DNA from: an uncultured Bacteroidota bacterium
GTDB lineage: Bacteria > Bacteroidota > Ignavibacteria > Kryptoniales > JAKASW01
Assembly (NCBI GenBank): GCA_963704305.1
Contig: OY969888.1
Location: forward strand, 1,820,435 to 1,884,434
Reading direction: 5' to 3'
DNA length: 64,000 nt
A model generated the notes under the pieces. That model did no database searches. It was not told the origin of the DNA and was given only the letters and a program-made list of their open reading frames with translations. Positions 57,808 to 64,000 of this stretch are shown here, piece by piece. The first letter of the stretch is position 1. Every line of letters begins with the position of its first letter. The position numbers were made by a program, and so were the translations under genes.

Positions 57808-57882
57808 GGGGTTGTAGCTCAGTTTGGTTAGAGCGCCTGCCTGTCACGCAGGAGGTCGCGAGTTCGAGCCTCGTCAACCCCG
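57808..57882 (+). tRNA. tRNA-Asp (anticodon GTC)
   Basis: The sequence folds by hand into a cloverleaf: acceptor GGGGTTG/CAACCCC, D-arm GCTC..GAGC, anticodon arm CCTGC-CTGTCAC-GCAGG, variable loop AGGTC, T-arm GCGAG-TTCGAGC-CTCGT, discriminator G. Confidence 0.9.
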
Positions 57883-57887
57883 CACCA

Positions 57888-57924
57888 AGATCCCGTAGAT
57901 CAACAAGATTTGCGGGATTTTTTA
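57888..57924 (+). terminator. Rho-independent terminator after tRNA-Asp
   Basis: AGATCCCG-N17-CGGGATTT stem followed by a T-run (GGGATTTTTTAT). Confidence 0.65.
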
Positions 57925-58012
57925 TTGGCCCACATTTGTCCCTCCGAGGTCCGCAAGTAAAATGCCGCAAATATGCCACGTGGCCAACACACTTTCATAT
58001 CAAAAGATATTT

Positions 58013-58093
58013 CTCAGGATCAAAAAAAATCTTTGAAACTAATTTAGAATCAGCGAATCCAGTTTAAGTCAAGCGTCAGGGCACGCCTGTCAC
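58013..58093 (+). repeat. Repeat B1 (about 80 nt; gene-tail + leader + tRNA-Asp-like remnant)
   Basis: About 80% identical to 61048-61126: CTCAGGATCAAAAA..TCTTTGAAACTAATTT..TCAGCGAAT..TTTAAGT..GGCAC.CCTGTCAC. The TCTTTGAAA..ATTTTGAG leader also precedes the pseudo-tRNA at 57142. Confidence 0.75.
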
Positions 58094-58227
58094 TTGAAGG
58101 ATCTTGGCACTATCTGGTCGGAGAAGTGGTCGTGCTGATTTTTTTCTGGGATTTCATCTCGGTGTAAATGACGGAATGAAGATGGCAATGTCGAATTGGA
58201 TTTGCCAACGCTGACCGGATCGCTAGC

Positions 58228-58839
58228 TTATAATTGGTACATCAGTTGGGGCAGGCCGAAACTTGCGGAGACAGGATTCCTGTTCAGGTGTGGCTTACAT
58301 TACCAGTCAAGTGTGTCACGGCTGTCCCAGCAATCGCGCTGACCCTTGAGATTTCAACCTCTTGCGGGCAAACAGACTGGCACGCTCTTTGTCCTCACCG
58401 GCGTAATAATGATGTGCAGATGATCGAACAAAGCAAATCTACTGGTATCGTATGACACCGTCAACGAGGAAATAGACACCATTTCGGTGGCAGACTCAGG
58501 TTGGCCGTATGTCACGTATCCGAGGTTCTCTCACGATTTCAACAAAACAGCGACGGCACAAGTAAACTACCAGGAAGACACTTGTGGAATTGAGGTTCTC
58601 GACTTTGGTGATTACGCCAGAACTACCGAAGGATTTCATGGGGTACAATACGGTGGCGGTGAGGAAAAAGCAAAAGTCTTTTGGCAGTGGAGTAGGGGGA
58701 CTCACCCGATTACTCGTCATAGCAAAAAGGAGGAAGGCTATTCACCTCGCGACACATGACGGAAAACGGGAGTGCGGCCATTTGAAATCATCTGCCAAGT
58801 TGATCTGTCCGCGGATTGGTCTTCACGTTGAACCGGCAT
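58228..58839 (-). pseudogene. Decayed IS200/IS605-Y1 or REP-associated tyrosine transposase (RAYT)-like gene
   Basis: One minus-strand frame reads MPVQRED..PVFRHVSRGE*...*ENLGYV..SYDTSRFALFDHLHIIITPVRTK..*NLKGQRDCWDSRDTLDW*CKPHLNRNPVSASFG. This shows an HUH motif (DHLHII), a G..WxxR region and an H.NPV motif in the expected order, but with at least 8 in-frame stops. Confidence 0.45.
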
Positions 58840-59005
58840 ATTAAGTTCCCAACAATGACATGGCCTGAAGTGCTGCACAACATTATCAGAAAGGAGGGAA
58901 TCGACAGAAGGAGAAAGCGTAAAATAGCCGTTTCTAGTTAACACATTTCTTCACACGAGGCACCGGCAGTACGTCGCGTGCTTCATCAAACAGAAGGTGG
59001 TAACC

Positions 59006-59692
59006 ATGCGATCTAAACTTATTTTCATGCTTATGATAGTTTTCTTTATCGGATGTTCGGATGTGCAACAACCGACGTCGCCAGTAGTACTGCAAGTACC
59101 TGGTAAACCGGGAAGTGTAAAGAAAACAGCTGGTACTGGCACTGATCACGGCTATTTCTATTCATTATATGTCAGTGGTGGATCAGCAAGCATATCCTTT
59201 CCCCAAGCGGGAAAATACGCTGGCAATTTCCAAGTTAACTGGTCTAATGTAAATGATGTGGTTGGCGGTAAAGGCTGGAGTACCGGATCAGCTAGAACTG
59301 TAAACTACAATTGCGGTTCCCTTACCGGTAGCTTTAATAATTTCTCTGTCTATGGGTGGACGACAGGCCCGCTAATTGAGTACTACGTCTGTGAGATGGG
59401 CTCTGTGGCGAGTGGAACGTATGTTGGCTCCGTTAGCAGTGATGGGCATTCATACAGCGTGTATAAGCATCAGCAAGTAAACCAACCTTCCATCCAAGGC
59501 ACTGCAACTTTTTGGCAGTATCTAAGTAACTGGGGCGGGTCATCGAAAGGATCAAACCACTCCGTCACCACTGGGAACCATTTTAACTATTGGAAGAGTC
59601 ACATTGGGAGTATGGGTAGTTTCAATTACCAGATATTAGCGATAGAGGCATATGGTGGTAAAAGTGGGTCGTGTAACGCAACTGTGTGGTAA
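59006..59692 (+). CDS. Glycoside hydrolase family 11 endo-1,4-beta-xylanase (lipoprotein signal)
   Basis: MRSKLIFMLMIVFFIGCSD has a lipobox. GYFYSLYVSGG..NFQVNWSN..VVGGKGW..VYGWTTGPLIEYYVCE..SDGHSYSVYKHQQVNQPSIQGTATFWQY..NHFNYWKSH..YQILAIEAYGGKSGSCNATVW is the GH11 jelly-roll with both catalytic Glu positions (LIEYY, AIEAY). Confidence 0.85.
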   Translation: MRSKLIFMLMIVFFIGCSDVQQPTSPVVLQVPGKPGSVKKTAGTGTDHGYFYSLYVSGGSASISFPQAGKYAGNFQVNWSNVNDVVGGKGWSTGSARTVNYNCGSLTGSFNNFSVYGWTTGPLIEYYVCEMGSVASGTYVGSVSSDGHSYSVYKHQQVNQPSIQGTATFWQYLSNWGGSSKGSNHSVTTGNHFNYWKSHIGSMGSFNYQILAIEAYGGKSGSCNATVW

Positions 59693-59723
59693 TAGATCCC
59701 CTGCAAATCATTTGATATCACTG

Positions 59724-59752
59724 AGGCCGGCCGGTTTCACAGCCGCCGGCCT
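59724..59752 (+). terminator. Stem-loop terminator after the GH11 gene
   Basis: AGGCCGGC-N12-GCCGGCCT is a perfect 8-bp GC stem, followed by TATGTATTTC. Confidence 0.55.
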
Positions 59753-59906
59753 TATGTATTTCAAAAAACGATTCAGAAGAGTGAAGGGATTGGATCGCCT
59801 TCGCGGGCAAGCGAATTTTGAGTTCATCTGTATATTGTATGACCAAATATATTGTTGTAATCTCAGATGCATGTGATTCTTTGATCTGGATAAACAAGAC
59901 GTCTCA

Positions 59907-60800
59907 ATGAGAAGACTACTGATTTTCCTTTTGACGGCAATCATGGTTGTTGTCAGCGCTTGTTCGCAAAAAGTGCCTGATGACTTTGTCTTAGTCCAAG
60001 GCGGGACTTTTAAAAACACAAATGCTAACTACTACGGAAAAAGTGTAACAATATCGAGCTTTTATATCGGCAAAAATGAGGTAAGTCAAAAAGAGTGGAT
60101 CGAGGTAATGGGAAGTAATCCCTCGGAGTTCGTGGGCGACAATTTTCCGGTAGAAATGGTAAGCTGGTATGACTGTGTTGAGTACTGTAATAAAAGGAGC
60201 ATGAAGGAGGGCTTAAGACCGTATTACAATATAGACAAGAATAAGGAAGACCCGAATAACGAGAGAGACCCTAATTTTGAGGGTGATCTCGATACTGTAA
60301 AATGGACGGTAACGATCAATGCGGGGGCTAATGGTTACCGATTGCCGACAGAAGCAGAGTGGGAATTTGCTGCAGGTGGAGGTCAGGTGAGCAAGAGTTA
60401 CACTTACAGTGGAAGCAATGATGTGGATCAGGTAGCGTGGTATTGGAGAAACTCCGGAGACAAATACTTAATAGGAGATTGGCTCTGGCCTGTGCTAGAA
60501 AATAACCATAATAAGACAAAATCTGTCGGCGGCAAGAAACCCAACGAGTTAGGACTTTACGATATGTCAGGTAATGTAAGGGAATGGTGCTGGGACTGGT
60601 ACGGAGACTTGAAGATTAATGTAGCTGACCCCAAAGGAAGTTCTAGCGGCTATGGCCGGGTTTGGAAAGGCGGCGGTTGGATCGGCGCCGACTTCTGCTG
60701 CGCGTCGTCTTTCCGGGGCAGCCTCGCAGCGAATGGCACGGGCCCCGATCAGGGTTTTCGTTTGTGTTGCAGTCCGAATGGATCCCTTCGGGACAAGTAA
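59907..60800 (+). CDS. FGE-sulfatase / SUMF1-family domain lipoprotein
   Basis: Lipoprotein signal LLTAIMVVVSACSQ. FYIGKNEVSQKEWIEVMGSNPSEF..PVEMVSWYDCVEYCNK..GYRLPTEAEWEFAAGGG..LGLYDMSGNVREWCWDWY..RVWKGGGW..QGFRL is the formylglycine-generating-enzyme fold pattern. Confidence 0.8.
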   Translation: MRRLLIFLLTAIMVVVSACSQKVPDDFVLVQGGTFKNTNANYYGKSVTISSFYIGKNEVSQKEWIEVMGSNPSEFVGDNFPVEMVSWYDCVEYCNKRSMKEGLRPYYNIDKNKEDPNNERDPNFEGDLDTVKWTVTINAGANGYRLPTEAEWEFAAGGGQVSKSYTYSGSNDVDQVAWYWRNSGDKYLIGDWLWPVLENNHNKTKSVGGKKPNELGLYDMSGNVREWCWDWYGDLKINVADPKGSSSGYGRVWKGGGWIGADFCCASSFRGSLAANGTGPDQGFRLCCSPNGSLRDK

Positions 60801-60954
60801 ACGGGAACGAGAAGCAGCAGGAGTTCCGCCAAGTTACGCGCTAGAAGCAACCTATTCGAATACATTTCCCGAACAAGACGGAAGTTTACCGCGCAAAGCG
60901 GGGAGAGGCCGACTCCCGACAAGATTACATTTCGTCGGGATGATGTTTGATCGG

Positions 60955-61050
60955 CTCAACCCAACGACAACGATCGCGTTCAGTATTCCAGCGAGTTCCT
61001 TCGCATCATCGAAGATATATAGCTCTCTCGGTCAAGAAATTACCGAGCTC
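60955..61050 (+). pseudogene. Orphan fragment of a T9SS C-terminal sorting domain
   Basis: The frame reads RLNPTTTIAFSIPASSFASSKIYSSLGQEITEL, typical of T9SS/Por tails (NP.T.I.F.LP....V.L.IYD.LGQEV..L). There is no upstream protein body. It runs straight into repeat B2. Confidence 0.45.
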
Positions 61051-61126
61051 AGGATCAAAAAGTCTTTGAAACTAATTTTGAGTCAGCGAATTCATTTTAA
61101 GTTAAGCATCGTGGCACACCTGTCAC
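61048..61126 (+). repeat. Repeat B2 (paralogue of 58013-58093)
   Basis: See B1. The alignable length is about 80 nt and ends in GGCACACCTGTCACGC, which shares CCTGTCACGC with the tRNA-Asp anticodon arm. Confidence 0.75.
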
Positions 61127-61186
61127 GCCTGCGTGTCGAAACACTCAGATGTCAAAGTTACAGTTGGAGTCACTTCGGCGTTCAGG

Positions 61187-61219
61187 CACGCAGGAGACCG
61201 TCCCGACATTGTCGGGAAG
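61187..61219 (+). repeat. tRNA-Asp 3'-half-like fragment with TCCCGAC hairpin
   Basis: CACGCAGGAGACCGTCCCGACATTGTCGGGAAG; compare CACGCAGGAGGTCGTCCCGATTAAGATCGGGAAG in the pseudo-tRNA at 57226-57259. Confidence 0.6.
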
Positions 61220-61569
61220 TCCCGATCATTAATATTGAAATAGCAATTGCGGCACTGCCAGTAACTCCTTTTCGAAATATCCTTGCCCGCCGGATTCATG
61301 CCGTGTCTCATGAAAACGAAAAATGAGCGGTCAACTCGCGAACAAAGTGACAAAGTCTCGGTCAACCTCAGGTGCAACGGAATAGTCTTCGCCATTGGAC
61401 TTACGATGAACGCGACTGTTTCGTTCATATGATCCTCCCTATATTAAAGAGTCATTTAACGGCAGCAACCGTAGTCGCGACAATGTGAACAGGGAGCATA
61501 AGCATGAATATTCATACGCTGTCGAAGTTCAATGATTTCTCAATTCGGCAATATAGAGAAAGGATTACG

Positions 61570-62295
61570 ATGAAAGTGACATTTGCTTTTATATTCGCAA
61601 TGTTGTTGTTGTCCGGATGCTCACCGACAAAAGTAAGCACCGACATTCCTAATAATCCGATTTCTAATTCGCAGGTGTTTATCTTTGGTGATGGGCTAGT
61701 CAGCTCCCCATCGAAATCGGGTAAGGCACCATATGCATTTACCTGCATGTTGCAGTATGTCGATACCGGCAAGAGCAACAGCGATTTCAATTCGGCGGTA
61801 GTGACCGTAAACGGTGTCGCACTTACTCGGGTTTACAACAATAATGGAGTATTTCAAAACGCGGGTGACACAAGGCAGTTTTCGCAGGGAGATTCGTTGG
61901 AGTTTATCATCAAGCATCAGAAGATCGGCACCATCAGAGAAATTTTGTATGTACCAGCATCGGTGATTGATGTATCTGTGTCCCCCAGCCCACCTCTGGC
62001 AAATTTGCCCAACAACAGCACCGTGTTCAAATTAAGTTGGAATCCTGTGAGCGCAAGTTATTACCAGGTAGCGGCATTCGGCTACAATTATTGGGAGACG
62101 ATTCTTGTTTCGAACAGCTGGCTTGCGACGGCTTTTGATACCGCAACTGTAGTACTTCAGGATAGTTCGGGCAATGCCTGCCCATACGTTTCTTTGCAAG
62201 TGCAGTCCTTCAATGGCGTTCCCCTCCAAGGATTTGCACCAGGTTCCGGGTTCCAGGTTAGCGGAACGTATTTTAGAGTGTATACAAATATGTGA
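61570..62295 (+). CDS. Hypothetical lipoprotein
   Basis: ORF 61504-62295. ATG 61570 gives MKVTFAFIFAMLLLSGCSPT (lipobox LSGC). I recognise no family. Confidence 0.5.
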   Translation: MKVTFAFIFAMLLLSGCSPTKVSTDIPNNPISNSQVFIFGDGLVSSPSKSGKAPYAFTCMLQYVDTGKSNSDFNSAVVTVNGVALTRVYNNNGVFQNAGDTRQFSQGDSLEFIIKHQKIGTIREILYVPASVIDVSVSPSPPLANLPNNSTVFKLSWNPVSASYYQVAAFGYNYWETILVSNSWLATAFDTATVVLQDSSGNACPYVSLQVQSFNGVPLQGFAPGSGFQVSGTYFRVYTNM

Positions 62296-62489
62296 GCGTC
62301 GGGTTCGAAAATTCGATGAGGTATCGTATCAACTTCTTTTGAGCGCGAGCCTGACGAATCTTTGGGCCGCGCGTTCAAGGCCGGATTAATGAATGTTAAG
62401 GAACCTGTTGTCAGGCTTGACTAAATCGCCCGCATGCCCGTCGCACTTCCCGATCAAAATATACTCTTTCGGGACAGACGACCCCTCGT

Positions 62490-62798
62490 TCAGTTGATTA
62501 CTCGTTTCTCAATTCTCTTCATGAGCTCTCTACGCCGCGCTTTGCTCAGAGATACGGATTGGCCGGAGACGCTGATCGTGTTTCCGCGAACGGGGTCTAT
62601 CTTTTGAAGACTCAGAATGTATGACTTGTCCGACCTTAAGAAGTACCCTGAGGGAAGAATATCCTTCATTTTCTTCATCGAGGAATAAGTCACGACCTTT
62701 CTGTCTTCGGTATGTATCTTGAGATATTCTTTCAGAACTTCTACGAAAAGTAAGTCTCTGAAATTGATGCGGACGATCCTGATCGACAGCAGGAACAC
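62490..62798 (-). CDS. LytTR DNA-binding domain protein (stand-alone or truncated response regulator)
   Basis: IVRINFRDLLFVEVLKEYLKIHTEDRKVVTYSSMKKMKDILPSGYFLRSDKSYILSLQKI is the LytTR fold pattern. No receiver domain is readable upstream in any frame. Confidence 0.6.
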   Translation of the reverse strand: MFLLSIRIVRINFRDLLFVEVLKEYLKIHTEDRKVVTYSSMKKMKDILPSGYFLRSDKSYILSLQKIDPVRGNTISVSGQSVSLSKARRRELMKRIEKRVIN

Positions 62799-62799
62799 A

Positions 62800-62991
62800 C
62801 CGTTCTACGGGACCTACACTGTGGTAGCTTATACCTGCGATCAGAACTTCAAAGATTTTCTCCTCACTGCCCCAAACGTTCAGGAGGTGGACGGCAATTT
62901 CCACGAGCCTGTCGAGACATTTCAGGGTGACAGCATTGGCGTGTTCGGATCTGCCACTACAGACACGTTGAGATTCACACTGACGAAGTAA
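62800..62991 (+). pseudogene. C-terminal fragment of a DUF4249-like lipoprotein gene
   Basis: The frame reads ..FYGTYTVVAYTCDQNFKDFLLTAPNVQEVDGNFHEPVETFQGDSIGVFGSATTDTLRFTL*. This resembles the ..NPF.EP..V.SNI.GG.GIFG.. end of DUF4249 proteins. No N-terminal body is present. Confidence 0.3.
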
Positions 62992-63490
62992 GTCGGTGTG
63001 GGCATAAGATTTGCCCGGATAGTTTGATTCTACCAACCGTGCAATTTAGCCTTGATCAATTGGATTTGATCAGCTCACAATCTGCGATTACAGAGACTCC
63101 CCAATGAAGCTTTTCAGACTGCTGCTTGAATCTGTTTGCGTCACAAGTCCAACAAGAAATCCAATGAACATTGGACTGACACCTTCAATAATCCATTCCG
63201 CAGTCATAATCCGCTTGTTATCGTCGAAACATCTCCAAACGACTGCACCACTTTACGGGTCGGGAAGAGATGTGCAATTCCCATATCACGGGGAGCAAAG
63301 AGCCGAGATAAAGCATTATCAAACCTCTCATGAGGGCACCTCCGTTGTGATGACTCCATTAATCTTCCGTTGACTCATCCAGCCAAGAATAGTCTTCTCG
63401 CACGAGAGCGACAACACAGCAAGTGCCGCTGCCGGTATCAAAAAGTATTTCATGTTTGATTTCATTCTACCATCGTCCTGATTGCTTTTA

Positions 63491-64000
63491 CTATTTCGAC
63501 AAATAGTTTACTGCGGATTGCAAGACCTTATCTCTGCCGGCATCAATATCCGCTTTAGTATTTTCGACGAGTATATCGGGTATGATTCCAATTCCCTCGG
63601 GGCATTTTCCATCGGGCGTTGTCGTCAGCCGACAGGGATAACGAAACGTCCATCCGTTCGGAAGTTGAGCAGTTTTCAAAACATCTCCGAAACATCCGAA
63701 TGTCGTGTCGCCGATCTGTGTCGAGTAGGACAGGTTCTTGCAAAGTTGCGCGAAATGTTCTGAGCCGCTTGCAGAAAATCTGTTGGTGAGAAGCGCGATC
63801 TTCTTCGTGAAATTCAGGACTCCCCTTCGCGGAGAAATCGTCAAAGGAAGTTTTGGTCCGAAGTCACTATGACCCGGCCCGGTTTTCTCCTGCTGGTAGA
63901 AGTAAGTGAATTCCCTGTCGACAAAAACAGAAGCTATGACCGCACCGGTTACTTTCAATCCACCGCCGTTATTCCGAAGATCGATAATCATCGCATCGCA
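63491..64000 (-). CDS. Peptidase S41 family (C-terminal processing / tail-specific protease-like), partial; N-terminus lies beyond the window
   Basis: IIDLRNNGGG..ALLTNRFSASGSEHFA (catalytic Ser context)..GIIPDILV. The reading frame is open to the window edge. Confidence 0.75.
   Translation of the reverse strand, partial: CDAMIIDLRNNGGGLKVTGAVIASVFVDREFTYFYQQEKTGPGHSDFGPKLPLTISPRRGVLNFTKKIALLTNRFSASGSEHFAQLCKNLSYSTQIGDTTFGCFGDVLKTAQLPNGWTFRYPCRLTTTPDGKCPEGIGIIPDILVENTKADIDAGRDKVLQSAVNYLSK

Noticed and set aside
58487-58759. Short + strand ORFs 58234-58455, 58487-58759 and 58584-58844.
   Set aside because: They are mutually overlapping and featureless. They lie antisense to the frame that retains HUH-transposase motifs, so they are most likely chance ORFs in a pseudogene.
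60652-61326. 224-aa + strand ORF spanning the end of the FGE-sulfatase gene and the downstream region.
   Set aside because: It starts out of frame inside the FGE gene. It then runs through a T9SS-tail fragment, repeat B2 and a tRNA-like fragment. It is a chance read-through of non-coding or relic DNA, not a gene.

Overview
All family assignments below come from reading motifs in the supplied ORF translations and the DNA. No database search was run. The window looks like an FCB-group bacterium (Ignavibacteria- or Bacteroidota-like). The evidence is a CarboxypepD_reg-type TonB-dependent receptor, a PorV-like protein, T9SS-type C-terminal tails and AGGAG-type ribosome binding sites.

The window has three parts.

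(1) 0.1-42.3 kb is a strictly co-directional (+ strand) supercluster of about 31 genes for uptake and catabolism.
- Uptake genes: TonB-dependent receptor, T9SS-tailed secreted protein and PorV-like protein.
- Glycoside hydrolases: several glycosidase-like proteins, including a clear GH38 alpha-mannosidase, a BNR propeller and a GxGYxYP-like protein.
- Transport and sugar handling: an SSS transporter, ROK and PfkB kinases, and a D-lyxose/mannose isomerase.
- Other enzymes: two aminotransferases, a tightly coupled sub-operon (FAH, enolase-superfamily, DHOD-like, ferredoxin, cyclase), an OYE-like and a Gfo/Idh/MocA oxidoreductase, and an IclR regulator.
- Two genes carry lesions. The MetE-like gene has a frame change at TTTTCCC. 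The DUF4432-like gene has an in-frame TAG.

(2) 42.3-56.6 kb is a compositionally mosaic, AT-richer defence island. In order it contains:
- a type I R-M system with an unusual HsdM-TRD fusion, a separate half-HsdS and an HsdR;
- a winged-helix/PD-(D/E)xK protein;
- a four-gene module (TIR-like protein, CBS-HEPN protein, two membrane proteins) bracketed by a perfect 30-bp direct repeat. I consider this the best candidate for an undescribed signalling defence system;
- RmuC;
- an OLD-family-like ATPase.
A shared intergenic repeat family precedes most of these modules.

(3) 56.6-64 kb is a scarred region around tRNA-Asp(GTC). It contains two degenerate tRNA-Asp copies with a 47-nt double-hairpin insert in the D-loop, flanking a GIY-YIG ORF. 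It also contains further tRNA-derived and leader repeats, TCCCG...CGGGA hairpins, a decayed IS200/RAYT-like transposase, a GH11 xylanase, an FGE-sulfatase lipoprotein, gene fragments, and a partial S41 peptidase at the window edge.

I found no CRISPR array, rRNA gene or intact integrase.
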